A DNA stretch of 64,000 nucleotides. It comes from Podarcis muralis. Lineage: Eukaryota. The notes beneath the pieces are model-generated. The model saw only the letters and a list, made by a program, of their open reading frames with translations. It made no database searches and was not told the origin of the DNA. Below are positions 11,200 through 25,000 of the stretch, one piece after another (the first letter of the stretch is position 1; each line of letters starts with the position of its first letter). The stretch covers positions 60,574,001 to 60,638,000 of the forward strand of contig NC_135658.1 of NCBI RefSeq assembly GCF_964188315.1, written 5' to 3'. The position numbers were made by a program, and so were the translations under genes.

Positions 11200-12470
11200 C
11201 TCCATGGTACTCCACATGAAAACAAAGTCTCTGCACTGCTATATATGTGGAGAATGGCAGTGCACTTGTTTTGTGGTTTGACGCACCCAGAGAAGCCATG
11301 CTCTGAATCCCTTGCTGAAATTGTGACTTTGCTGCAGGAACATTTTACACCAAAACCCCTGGAGATTGCAGAGACTTTGATTTTATAAGCATAATGAACA
11401 AATAAGGGGTGAGGACTCATGGAACTTCATGCACTCTAAAGGCTGGGGGAGAACCACAGTTTTGAGGACAATCTACAGATGGCTTTACGAACTGTGGTGG
11501 CCTCAGAGATTAAAATATTCAGAAGCACCTCCTGTTGACTGTTACTTTAGCAAAAGTCAAGAAAAATAGTTATCTTCATGGAAACACTATCCACAAATGA
11601 CAATTTCAAAGCAAAGACAAAAGGAAAATGGAGTCATTGTGGCAAGGCAGGTCATAAAGCAATGGATGCTATCTCTAAAAATTGACTTGCCGGTGATGTG
11701 GTGGTGGAGAGTCTACCACACATAACAGAATAAAAAGGTAGAAAAATAAAAGCTGGAAGCATAAAGCTGGAAGCTGCATAAAATACATGCAGAGAATAGT
11801 GAAGAACACTTGACTAAAGGTTGTTTGTGTTTTGAGTGTCTTGCATAAGAGATGGCAATAAAGAGCCTATATGGGTAACTCACATAGAGGGCGAAATGCA
11901 CAAGATGGAATGTGGCATAGCCTTATTTACATCTGTTACTCATCATAAAGGGTTTGCAAGGAACATTCAACACTGTACAAAGCAGGTATTATGCTTGAAA
12001 ACATGCACAGGATAAAAGATAATTCCACGGGGTGTATGTACAGTGGCAGTACAGGATAACGATCAGACCCATAACCATGATCTGTATGTTATACTCATAA
12101 AGAGACCAGCACAGTTTAGAAGAGGCTAGTTAAAGAATATTCATTTGGTGTGGTGATCAAGGTTCTCCAGTTGCACCAGAAGAACAGCTGATAAAGAAGC
12201 AATTTGTACAAGTGCAAATACTAGGGAACTTTTGGTAGCAAACTGGAATGAGGGTAAAGGGTTAAGCGCCTTTCCACACAATATATGTTCCCAATCCAGA
12301 CAGGGCCACATACACTACAAAAATGGCAACTGTATGTGGGAGAAGTGACTCTTTAAGATACATATATCATACCTCTATTGACAAAAAACCATTGGGCACA
12401 ACATAGTGAAAGTTAACCCAAGTGAAGAATACCCTGTTCACGATACAGAAGTTGGATGGGAACAGTGCCT
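11200..12470 (+). pseudogene. Decayed Gypsy/Ty3 LTR-retrotransposon internal region (gag - aspartic protease - start of RT)
   Basis: Manual translation across frameshifts gives gag-like KVSALLY/ICG, LTHPEKP..LAEIVTLLQEHFTPKPLEIAE, FEDNLQMALR and knuckle remnant HCGKAGH. Protease region EPIWVT..LKTCTG*KIIPRGVCTVAV..LYV..PAQFRRG*LKNIHLVW. RT start KVNPSEEYPV. Confidence 0.75.
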
Positions 12471-13299
12471 TGAAATCCCATACAAGCTTATTTTTATCAT
12501 TCTAATGAGAACAAAGTCTAATTAATTAATTAATTAATGTGCAATCTAGCTTATTTATGTGCCATCCCTTTCAATAGATAACTTTGCATTTGACTACTGA
12601 TTCTAATAATCAGCTGTAAGTGGCTGTGCTATTCTCTTTACCACTTTGCCATGCCATACATCAAGGAAGTGGTCCATCAATGCTAACACATAAAATGCAG
12701 CCCCACACCAGCTTACTCTGTGCTCCTAACACTTGTCATAATGGCATACTGCTACTGAACTATACTGGGAATTCTGTTGAAGCGTTTGCGACATTTACAT
12801 TAATATCAAATGAATCAATTAAGATGAATAGGATGATGATGAATACTAAATACTTAATGATGTGTTTAATTAATGCTGAATTACAGTTGAAATCTCAAGG
12901 GAGAGACTATGATATCCACATAGATATCAAATAAATTAATGATTATTGCAGTGACAAGCAGCACAAAAGTATGTGTGGTGATAAAGCACCTAAATGTTTA
13001 CGAGCTATAAATTGCAAATCATTAGCATTTGCCTCGTGCTGATTTGTGAAAAGGTGATAATTCATGCAGAATTAATAGCCAAGCCTATGGAATTTGCACA
13101 AGTCTGTATTTTCCTAAGTAGTCAGGTGTGTGGTTCTGTTGAAGGCAAAAGTGTGTGATGATTAGAAACAGCTCAAAATATATCTCCCACCATATTGGTT
13201 AGTTGATATGCAGTATGTGGCCATGAGGGAGAGGGCCTACTGCCGAGAGGAAGCCAGGCTGCATGAGAAAGTGAGTTGGGGGTGGAGTTAACAGCCAGC

Positions 13300-13876
13300 A
13301 GCAGTACTGTTTAGACTGCAGCTTCTGGGAGCTTGTGAGCAAGAGTTCAAGATTGGTAAGGATTGTTTGCAAGGGCACGTAGCAAGGAAGACATGGATGG
13401 CGTGGGAGCTCCTGCAGTGACCTGCAAGGCCTGTGCCATGTTGCCTGAGAACATGCAAAACGACACCTGAAGAAAGTGCAAGCAAGTGGCCCATGATATT
13501 CTTGTGGAGAAGTTGGTAAAATGTGGTCTGGATCAGGTTACCGTTAAGTGGATTTCTAGCTGCTTGACTGGCCGAACCCAAAGAATGCTCACTAATGGTT
13601 TCTCGTCTTCCTGGGGGGAAAAGTGACAAGTGGCATGCCATAGGGTTCTGTGGTGTTCAAGGAACAGAAAGGAAATTCCAACTTAACATCAGGAAGAACT
13701 TTCTGATGGTAAGAGTTGTTTGACAGTGGAACACTCCCTCAGAAGGTGGTGGACTATCCTTCCTTGGAGATTTGTAAGCAGAGATTGGATGGTCATCTCT
13801 CATGGAAGCTTTAGTTGAGATTCCTGCATTGCAGGATGTTGAACTAGATGAACCTCATGGTCAATTCCAACTCTAC
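13300..13876 (+). mobile_element. CR1 LINE with two large internal deletions
   Basis: ORF1-like N-terminus MDGVGAPAVTCKACAM (ATG 13393) joined to RT segment VAHDILVEKLVKCGLDQVTVKWI..LTGRTQR..NG. It then jumps to RKFQLNIRKNFL..QWN and the CR1 tail ATTCCTGCATTGCAGG..CCAACTCTA. Confidence 0.8.
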
Positions 13877-13914
13877 ACAAACCCTAGCATATAACAGCAG
13901 AAATCTTGGCTCAT

Positions 13915-13938
13915 CATTCATTCATTCATTCATTCATT
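13915..13938. repeat. (CATT)n microsatellite
   Basis: Direct reading of the sequence. Confidence 0.9.
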
Positions 13939-16900
13939 AAGAGAACATATTTGTTTCCAGGCCCTTCCTATACTCCTCTTGGTGTTCCATGTTGGTGTTC
14001 CTGTGGTGAGCACTAATCAAAATCACGCTATCAAAAGCAGGTAAAACACAGCAAAAATGCTAAAAGAAAAAAGAATTGGAAACTGGGACTATGGCCCAAC
14101 TGCTGTCAGGCAAGAGCCCTTTCACACTCTGCCTATAATGATCCAGCAGCCTGCACAGGCCTCTCTCAACAGAACCCCCTGGGCCACATGGTGGACTCAG
14201 TGAGAAACAGGCTGTTGGATCATAACCTGCATAGCATGGAAAGGCTCCTGCCTGAGTAATGTGATGGAGCACACAGGGACCCTTGCCCAGTGGAACAGCA
14301 GCCAGGAAGGGAAGAGAAGGTTTCTGCCTGTGTCCTAAGTAAAGCTATCCTGCATCCTGCTTTCTGCACACATATGCATACAGCATGATGGAGAGGATTT
14401 TAGCCGGATCTGTATCATATGTGCAGCTCCTTGAAAACTTAGCCATAAAAATTAGCTAGTGCTTCCTGCTGGACAAAATAAATTTGGTTTGCACTTTTCC
14501 ATTCAGCATATTAAGGTGTGTGTGAGCGCGCCGCACATGCATGGCAGAGAGCCTTAAAGACCCATTTGGTCTCTTGAGCTGTTGTTTTATTCAATAATGC
14601 CTGATGGGTTTTAGCTGCATTTCTGTATTGAATTTTAATATATGTGGCCTGATTGATTATTTTATCACATTCATTGGCTTTTATTAACCTATTGTTGCTT
14701 TTAAACTTTTTTTCTATTCTGTAAGCCACCTTGAGAGGTGGCCTAAGTATTTCAAAGAAGCAATGCGCTGAAAAAAACCAACTAGGGAAGCAGTTTTGAG
14801 ACAGAGTAAGGCAGAAACAGGGAGAGAATTAAGAGTTATTTGGAAGCATTTTCAGTTGCCAGATGCCTCTCTCTGGAGAGCCTTTGTGAGGCAGTGGGTC
14901 TGCTGTCTGATAGCAGGAAGTATGTTATTTGCCACCACATATGTTCTACTTATAGATTTGTAAGCAAACCAAATACTGTATTACAAAGAACCATCACATA
15001 TTGAGTGCTTTCTCCTCCAGATGAGATCACTCCAGATGAGATCACTGTTGCCCCTGGAATTTGTCTACATGTGTGGACATGAAGAACTGCATTTGCTGCA
15101 TTTGAGTTCTCCATACCTCTTTAACACATGCTGAGATGTAATGTTTCTGTTTGGATTATTGGTATTCAGTTGTAATTTAATTGCATTCTAAATGCCAGAT
15201 TGCTAACTATTACTTCTGGGTCATTTATACAGCAATGCTACATCTAATATCACACCATGCTTGAATTATTGGGGGGTGGGGAGGAAAATGCAGCCACAAA
15301 ACACAACCCCAGACACCCTCCAGGTTTAGAGAAGTCATGTTATCCACGTTAGAGTTAAGGCACCTGTCACAAAAGATATGGGGTTACAGGAGCCCTTTCG
15401 TTTGAGCCCTGGCATCACATAAGAACAAGGGGTTGTGTTGTAATAGTGGATGGGCAAGAAGGATTTATTCAGGTACAGACAACTGTTTCAAGATGGAACA
15501 ATGATTCAATTTTCAGTAGTCAAAGAAGCAAAACGTAGTCCAAAATATAGTATTAAAATTTATAAGGGAGAATGTAATGCTGAGAGAACTAACAAAATTT
15601 GGAAAATGTCATAAAGAAAGGCAAATGCCAATTATCTAAGATATATCATCTGTTGTTAAATTCTGACTGAAAACAGGAACAAGCAAAAGATTATACATAA
15701 GGTAGGCTCAGGACACAGTAATCATAAACATGGAGGCATGGGAGAAATTGTGGAGAAAAGATCATCAATTTTATTTGAACACAAATGTAATAGAAAATTG
15801 TTTTAAAGGTATAGCATGATGCTGTCGGACTCCTGCAATTATTGGGGCAATAAATAATCATATTCAAAAAATGTTGGAGTTGCACAAAGGAGAATGGAAC
15901 CTTTTACCATGTTGGGCATGTAGTTATGCCCTTTTACCCTCAGCACACCTGTGAGGTAGATTATGTGAAGAGTTAGTCACTGGCTTAATGTCACCCAGTG
16001 AGTTACATGACCGAGAGGGGTTTTGAGCCCGAGTCTTCCCTTGTCCAAGTCTGAACCCTCCAGCCACTGCATTATTGTGGCTCCCTGTATCAGTTACAGG
16101 GCTGAGCCAGATAGAAGGCCCACAATATAGCATTTCACCTTTACTTGTCCAAAAGTTTCAGATGATTCAATGGAGTCTCCATTTTCAGAGACAGTAGGTT
16201 GTGGAAAATCAGCTTTTGAGGGAGAATGCTAGGAGAGGCTGTGCCTTCAAGCCCTGCCCATAGCATCTGAAAGACATCTGGATGGCTATTGTGGCAGGAG
16301 GATGCTAGATCCAGCAAGGCTCTACGTTTTGATTGAATGTACATTTGCATCTCTTTCCTTTCCTCCACAGTACTGTATGAGGCAGCTAGTATGGGAAAGA
16401 GAACTCCATATTAACAGCAGAGTTTTCACACCCTCCCCTCAAAATGTATTGGAGTGGGATCTCAGTACTTTATTCACCATGCAGGGCCTTTGCCATTCAG
16501 TTTTTAAACTATATGAAACTGTAATTTCCACATAGCAATTTATTGATAATGTTTTCCACTTCTCTTAGTGCATGTGCAGGGCTTTAGGGCAAAACTGTCT
16601 TAGACTTTCATTTAACGTTGATTTGAAATCATTCAGGTGGCTATTCATGATGATATTTCACGGATGCTGGAAGACATGTGATACAAGGGCTTAATTGAAA
16701 TGTCAGGAATAGTTGAGCGAAGAGGTCCACCACATCCATTAAAGCGCTACTTACAAGAATAATGAATTGTTATGTAGATAGAAAAGACAGCACTCAGGTG
16801 ACAGGATGTGTATAACACACAATGTAAATGAGCTGAAATAGCACAATTTAAAGGATTTTCATGACTTCATGTACAATCATTACAATTAACATTGATCCAT

Positions 16901-19900
16901 CAATATACATTGACTCTGCATTGTACAACTTGTCTTGTCAAATGCAGTTCCCCTTCCCTCAGTGGTGTGTGGCATGTGATCAGTTGCGTAAGTGATTCTG
17001 CAAGTGCCAGTCAAGAGGTGGGTCAAACAGTCCAGAAATTAGGCAAAGATCAAGTCCAAATGGTCAGAGTAAAGTACTCCAATGACAGATTAAAGGAATA
17101 CGGAAGGAAGCAGGCCAGAGAAAAGAGAACACAGCTTCCAGTCTAGTCTAGAAGAGGGACATAAAATATACTAGAGTAAAGAAGGGAGAGACAAAGTGTG
17201 TATGTGTTTCTCAACTGGGTTTTCATACAGCAGGTTTGGTCATATGCAGTTTCTAATTTAGGGGCTGCTGGTGAAACATGCAATTCTAATATGAGTTTAT
17301 GCAAATATAAAACCCAAGCGAAAACTGCTTTGGATACAAAAGATTATTGCTAATTTCACATGCTGTGTATCTAAAAGTTTATCTTCAATAGAAGCATATA
17401 TTTGTTTTGTATCAGTGTAATTAATGTAGCTTCTCCCAAAGAATTCTGAGTACTGTTGGTTGGTGAAGGCTCTTAAAAATATCATTAAACGAGGTTATGT
17501 TTGTATTGAAGCTATGTCCTGAATATAGTTATAAACCACACTATGGCAGAATAGATAGCCTCACTGTATATAGATATATTATATTATATTCCTTTTTGCT
17601 GTTAGTAAACTGGTTGTAAGTTGAGCTGAAACCTAAACAGGACTTTTACAGGACAGGCCTATTATTTGCATTTTATACTTTTGATTAATCTCCATGTTTC
17701 AGTTTTCCCTACAATTTTTTATTTTCATTTATTTTTCAAAGGCTTGGTAGTTTCTTGTATATGATATTGCATGATGGCTGTTAAACAAACTCACATCGTA
17801 AATGGGGGGCTGATACTGTGAGAATAGCGGTTTAAGGCTACATAGTGCATTTATAAGCAGCATTTTAAGGAGCGACCCATTGGCAGGTTTTTTTTAATAC
17901 ATCCATTAGCCTCCCATAAACTTGGGACATACTACCTGGCCATATATCAGAGTTCCAGTGAGCTATAGTGAATCAAAGGAGCACCCCTGTTTACATCTCA
18001 CTTGAGTCATGAACTCTCCATGGCTCAGCTTGTTACATACAGAGTAGACATTCACATGGGAAAATAAGGCTGAGAGGGTGGGGAAGACCTGAGGAAAACC
18101 TTCTGGGCAACTTATAGGGGAATGTGTATTTTTTTATATTGATTCTCCATTCTTTTTGTTAGGCAGCAAGACAAAACCCAGTTGATATGTCCTTTCAGAC
18201 AACAGCAAGTACTATAAGTCAAAACAAAAAGCAGCCAGCTGACAAAAAAACCCCCACTTTCTCCTTGCTTTCTGAGGCAAGTTTGTTCAGCTCACTCAGT
18301 AGCCTGAGGCTTACTTTAGGCTTTCCCCATACATCCCTTTTTCAGTCTTTAGCCCTTAACCAACTTCCCAGAATCAATCTGCTGATTTTCCCACCAGGGG
18401 ATTTAGCTGAGAAATCAATGAGGGATATATACACTTTTCAATCCATTACTACACTATTTCTGAGATCCCTCCTCCCTCACGCACCAGCTCCATCACAGTT
18501 ATGGCTTCCTGTATCTTTCCTCCTGCCCCTTTCTTATGTTGGCTTTTGGTTTTGGTTGACAAAGTTTATTTTGACAAATTTTATTTTAACCCTTGTGATC
18601 ATTTGCAGCGAATTTATCCCCATGCTTGCCAATATTCTTTTAGGGATAAATAAGGTCATGGGGGAAAAGAGCTTGTATAGTCATGTTTTTCAACCCTATG
18701 AATTGACGGTCTTTTTAAGAATAAAGCTAGTTGATTGGGAAAGATGGTACCTTATTCTGCATCTTCCATTTTTAGATGGAAACTGTCAGTTCAATAAAAA
18801 CTTTACAATATTATTGAATGATTTTGCAATGCTCATGAAAGTGGCTCTGAATGACGACTGTGATTAGTGTTGCCTAGTTTAGGTCACTTTTAGCTGGAGA
18901 GCATACAAAAAGCTCTGCTGGAGCAAACTAAGGGACCATCCACACTTCTGTTAGTCCCATAATTTCTGAGCGATTTTTGTTTTGTCCCGCTACTTTCCCT
19001 ACTGAATGGGAACAAACCTCATACAGGTTTTCTGCAGATTGTTCTGATTCAGCAATAAACTGTGGGTTTTCCAGAAGAAAGCAGTGAGACAAAAGAAGAA
19101 CCTCTCAGACCCAGGTCTAGAAAGTCTCATGCCAGACTTGCTTTTTATGGGCAGAACCAAAGTGGATGGTATTTCCGCAGGCTGCCCACAGCTGTGCCCC
19201 ATTCAGCTGCCCTCTCCACACTCCTGCCTCCATATGTGAGGTTGTCTGGTTGGTTGGACCAGTTAGGCTTACCCCTACTCAGTGACATATGCACTGAACC
19301 CCACACCCCACTATGTGTGCACTTGGTGGCCATGTATGAAGCTTCCCTGTGCACACACTGCCAACCATGATTCCCCATCCAATGGAGGAGCCCTGTGTGC
19401 TTCATCATCGGAGAAGAGGCTAGTCTGTCGGACACATGCTTTCCAATGCAGGAAAGGGATCAGGTGAACCCTCCAGCAGTTTTATTCAGTGTCAGCCAGT
19501 TCAGCCGGGGGGGGGGGAGGTGAGATCTTTTTACCACCCCAAAAAAAGGAGGGGGAGAGGGAATTGCCACTGCATGTACAAAGGCTTTTAGTAGGTACAA
19601 ATGAATATGGATATATAACTAGAAACATGATATTCCTTCACTTCACTGGTTTTAATATTAAAGTACATTATCATACCAAGACACCTCTAGGCACTTCACA
19701 AAATTAGTTTATGAAATCTTAATAGTACAGCTTGCTCTGCTAAGTTTCACACTAAAAGCAAGAGTGGAGAGGAAAAAGAACCTAAAACAGGCTGTCATTA
19801 TTTATACAAAGGGTCGAAAGATGTGTAGCAGGCCTAATTCTTCCAGAGGATTTGAGGTATGAGTAACGATATGTGAAGACCACCAAAGCCATGATTTTGT

Positions 19901-21507
19901 GTGCTTGTACTGAGCATTGTGTTTCCTTCCCCATCCTCCCAGATTCTTTACTGGGTGTAAATTATGATAATTTCACATTGATAGCAGCTGCATTTACCAA
20001 GGAACAGCTATGACAGGGGGGGGGAAAGAAATGGTTGACGTAATTCTCCATCCCAAAATAGCCCATCTCCAGGATTTCTAGACTTTTCTTGCAAAACATT
20101 AAGTTTCTTGTCCCCACCTTACACCCTGTTCCCTCTCAAACTAATGTGTGACGTTTGTATGAAGAATATGTCCTTCAGATCAAAGAGCAAAACCTTTTTT
20201 AAGAAACTTATTTTTACAACTAATATCTCTCTCATTGGCTTCTCTGTGTCAAAACTGCAATGTGTTTCTGTTGCTCTTCTTAATTCTAGTATGATAAATT
20301 CTAGTATGATAATTCTAGTAGATAAAGTTAGGTTGACATTTTCTGTAACTGACATTTCCTAGACTAATTAAATAGTAAAGAACCAACAAACTTGTAGAAG
20401 AGAGTTGCCCTGAAGATGTTTTAGGAGCATCTTCCTTCATGGTTTCTCACCATTGATTTGTTATACAACCTCCACATGCAACAAGAAGTAGGACGCATGG
20501 CCGGCCGGCCCATGAGGTGGAATGAGACAGCTGCCTTGGGTGGTGGGATCTGCCACCAGAAGTGGTGGTGGCAGCTTCCAACGAAATCTTACCAGAAGCT
20601 GCCATGGCTGTACAACCCCAGTAAACAAAGCTTTGGTGGAGGGTAGCAACTTCCCTCATGGAAGCAAAATGGGCTAGGCTGCCCCTGCTAGGAGGAACTA
20701 TAGATCAATGGGAGAGTAGGCCTTGACTTGCTTAACTACCCCACTCTAGGAAAAACTGAAGTAAGAACCAGATGCAGATAGTGTCTTAAAGGTAATACAA
20801 GTTAATTCTGGGTTTTGTTATTGCTACTGAGGAACACAAATGCCAGGTCCAATTCATGAACTTCAAGGGGCATTTTCTCCCCCAGCTCTAGCCGCCTTAT
20901 ATCCATATGATTGGTTTTATGTTGAAGATATATGTTTGTGCTGTGTGGCCATGCCATTCCTGTTGTGTGGCTCAAAATGGACTTGACTTTGAGTATTTCC
21001 ATTAACACATGCATCATACAGGCACCAGAGAAACAAACCTTGGAAAAATGCATACGAAGGTTGAGTTGTTGTCAAATGCAAATTAACATGTTATGGTGGC
21101 CTCAGTTACTTTAAAGTCATTTCAGACAGCTCTGGTGGGCTTTCTCAGTTCTGTTTGGGCAAGGAATGAAAGCCTGGATAAAAATCATTTTTCAAAAAAG
21201 TATATAAAATTTGCAGCAGAAATGACATGAATAATGTATGCTATGTACACTGGCACATTTGTCAAATACTAAAAAGATTCCATATGAGCAGTTAAATGGA
21301 TTTCTTGGAAGACTATGAATATTATGGAAACAAAACGGAGGTGGTAGAAATAAAGGTGTGCACAGGCAAGTCATCAATATGACTTAAAGTTCAGCCTTGC
21401 CAGTTGGCTGACTATGCATAGCTAAATCTAAATCTAAATCTGGGAATCTAAAGTATGTGCCACATTCCTCCCATTCCTGCTGTCTGATGCATCCTCTCTG
21501 GGATAGG

Positions 21508-21679
21508 AGAAGAGCTTTAGCTCTCTGATAGGTCATCTGCTTTGCATGCAGAAGGTCCCAGGTTCAATCCCCAGCATCTCCAGGAAGATCTGGGAGAGAC
21601 TCTTGAAGAGCTACTGCCACTCAGTGAACTAGATGGACCAATCATCTGACTCAGGACAAGGCAGCTTCCTATATTCCTA
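21508..21679 (+). mobile_element. tRNA-derived SINE
   Basis: tRNA-like head with B box GGTTCAATCCC (21561-21571), followed by a non-tRNA body ending GGCAGCTTCCTATATTCCTA. Degenerate A box. Confidence 0.7.
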
Positions 21680-21840
21680 CATTTGCAACATGTTCAAAAC
21701 CTGTAATCTTCCCTTCTTCTGCTCCTGTGAGATATCACAACCAGGCCCGTGTCCTACTTAAAACCATTTAAGTGCAAGTCTGCCATTTTAATTCCCCACA
21801 GTGCCCTGCTCCTGCATATTTTTTTTTTTTGTAATAAATT

Positions 21841-21846
21841 TTTATT
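21841..21846 (-). terminator. L1 polyadenylation signal AATAAA
   Basis: TTTATT on plus, 10 nt from the A-tail. Confidence 0.8.
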
Positions 21847-22052
21847 AGTTTTCCATGAATAAAAAAAAGACAAAACAAAAACATAAACATAAACAAACAA
21901 AAACACGACTTCCCCATACCACCCCTTTTCTGCATTCTTGTTTCAAGATTTTTCAGCAACCCTCAGAACATAACTTAAATATATTTCATGTATTTAACTT
22001 CAGTTAGTTATTAATACAACTGTAGTTCTTTATCTCTTATAACTCTGAGCCC

Positions 22053-25000
22053 CTATTTTTCCAAATTACAACAGTTTTTAAGATAAACTTTAAATTTGTT
22101 CCAATCTTCATCCACCGCCTCTTTCCCCCGGTCTCGAATTCTGCCAGTCATCTCTGCCAGTCCCATATAGTCAATCACCTTCGTCTGCCATTCTTCCAAA
22201 GTGGGTAAATCTTGCGTCTTCCAATACTTTGCTAGAAGAATTCTTGCTGCTGTAGTGGCATACATAAAAAATGTCCTATCCTTCTTTGGCACCATTTGGC
22301 CCACCATACCCAAGAGAAAGGCCTCTGGTTTTTTAACAAACGTTCTCTTCAGAACTTTTTTTATTTCATTATAGATCATTTCCCAGAAAGCCTTAATCTT
22401 CGGGCAGGTCCACCAAAGGTGATAGAAGGTTCCCTCCGTTTCACTACACTTCCAACACTTGTTGTTGGGCAAATGATAGATCTTTGCTAACTTAGCAGGA
22501 GTCATGTACCACCTGTAGATCATTTTCATAATGTTTTCTTTTAAGGCATTGCATGCCGTAAATTTAACACCAGTGGTCCATAACTGCTCCCAGTCAGCAA
22601 GTTCAATGTCATGCCCAACATCCTGTGCCCATTTAATCATATTAGATTTCACCATTTCATCTTGAGTATTCCACTTCAACAGCAAGTTGTACATTCTTGA
22701 CAAATTTTTAGTATTGGGTTCTAACAGTTCTGTTTCTAATTTTGACTTCTCCACTTGGAAGCCTTTCTTTCTGTCCTGTTTAAATACTTCATTTATCTGT
22801 CGATAATGTAACCAATCTCTCACCTTAAACTTCAGTTTCTCAAAACTCTGCAATTTTACATTTTCACCATCTTGTTCTATAATTTCACAATATTTAGGCC
22901 AATTAGAACCCATATTCAATTTTTTCACCTCTTTTGCTTCCATTGGTGACAACCACCTGGGGGTTCTACTTTCAAACAGGTCTTTATACTTAATCCAAAC
23001 ATTATACAGAGCTTTCCTCACCATATGGTTCTTAAAACCTTTATGCAATTTTACCTTGTCATACCATATATATGCATGCCAACCGAATCTGTTGTCAAAT
23101 CCTTCAAGATCCAAAATGTCCGTATTCTCGAGGAGCAGCCAATCTTTCAACCAGCAAAACGCTGCTGATTCATAGTAAAGTCTTAAGTCCGGCAGGGCAA
23201 AACCCCCTCTATCTTTCGCATCTGTTAATGTCTTAAATTTTATTCTTGGCTTTTTGCCCTGCCAGACAAATTTCGATATGTCTTTCTGCCACCTCTTGAA
23301 ACAGTCCATCTTGTCTATTATTTGTAATGTCTGAAACAGAAATAACATTCTAGGCAATACATTCATTTTGATAACAGCAATTCTGCCTAACAAGGAAAGT
23401 TTCAGCCTTGACCATATGTCTAAATCTTTCTTAACTTCTGTCCAACATTTATCATAATTGTCTTTAAAAAGATTCACATTTTTCGATGTCAAATTCACCC
23501 CCAGGTACTTCACTTTTTTTGCTATCTCCAAACCTGTTTCATTCTGGAATGTCTCTTTTTCTTCATTTGTTAGGTTTTTTTCCAAGACTTTAGTTTTTTG
23601 TTTGTTCAACTTAAATCCTGCAACTTGACCAAATATCTCGATCAGTTCTAAAACTCTTTTTGTACTAGTGATTGGCTGTTGCAAAGTCAAAACTAGGTCA
23701 TCTGCAAATGCCCTTAATTTATACTCTCTCACTCCGACCTGAATTCCTTTAACCAACTGGTCCTTTCTAATCATATTTAACAAAACCTCCAGAACCAGTA
23801 TAAAAAGTAGGGGGGAAATAGGGCATCCCTGTCGTGTTCCTTTCTCTATAGCTATCTCTTCCGTTACCACATTATTCACAATTAGCTTTGCCTTCTGCTC
23901 AGAATAAATTGCACCTATACCATTTTCAAAACCTTGGCCTACCCCCATCCCTTGGAGATTCTTTTTCATAAAACTCCAACAAATATTGTCAAAGGCTTTC
24001 TCCGCGTCCACAAAAATCAAAACCGCTTTTCTGTTAATGTTCATTTCCAACAGTTCCACAATGTCTATTATGTTCCTCACATTGTCAGACATGTGTCTTC
24101 CCGGGAGAAAGCCAGATTGATCCTTATGAATCTCACCTGTCAATACTTTCTTCAGTCTTTTTGCTAAAATGTCTGCAAAAATTTTGTAATCCACATTTAA
24201 TAATGATATCGGGCGGTAGTTCTTAACCTGGTTCTTTTCAGTCTCGGTCTTTGGTATAAGTGAAATAAAGGCCTCTTTCCACGTTTCAGGTGCCTTTTTC
24301 CCCTCCAATATTTCATTGCAAACTTCTTTCAGTGGTTGCACTAAACCTTCTCTCAAAGCTTTATAATATCTAGCCGTCAGTCCATCTGGTCCTGGAGACT
24401 TTCCCAGTTGTGCCTTTTGAATGGCCTCCTCTATTTCCTGTTCTGTTATTTTCTCATTCAAAATCAACTTGCCTTGTTCTGGAATTTTCGGTAGTCCATA
24501 ATTTTTAAGAAATTCTTCTATTTCTTGTTCGTTTACTGGCCCTTGTGTGTATAATTTCCTAAAAAAACTTTGAAAACAGTTACTTATCTCATTTGGCTTA
24601 TGAACATTCTTTCCCTCTATCTCCAAACAAGTAACTGTATTCAATTTTTGCCTCTTTTTCAATTGCCATGCAAGGAGCTTCCCACACTTGTCTGCCGACT
24701 CAAAAGTCCTTTGTCTCATTTGTTTAATTTTCCATTCTATCTCTTGATTTGTCAGTTCCATATATTGCGTCTGATAATATTTTATCTCTCTCAAAATTTC
24801 TTGAGACTTTGGTTTTGACCTCAGTTTCTTTTCTCCTTCCTTCATTTTTTCTAAAATTCTTTCTTTCCTTTCATTTTGCTTTTTCCTCTTGATTGAATTC
24901 TGTTGTATCAGGAAGCCTCTCATCACGGCTTTACTCGCGTCCCAAATTGTTCTTTTTTCCACATTTGTTCTCAAATTTATCTCGAAGTAATCTTTCAATG

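Noticed and set aside
18187-18867. 226-aa ORF, the longest non-L1 ORF in the track
   Set aside because: L/F/S-rich translation of pyrimidine-rich DNA with no recognisable domain or splice structure; most likely a chance ORF.
21508-21582. Possible tRNA gene (also the head at about 30940-31000 minus)
   Set aside because: Degenerate A box and acceptor stem, and fused to SINE bodies; these are SINE heads, not tRNA genes.
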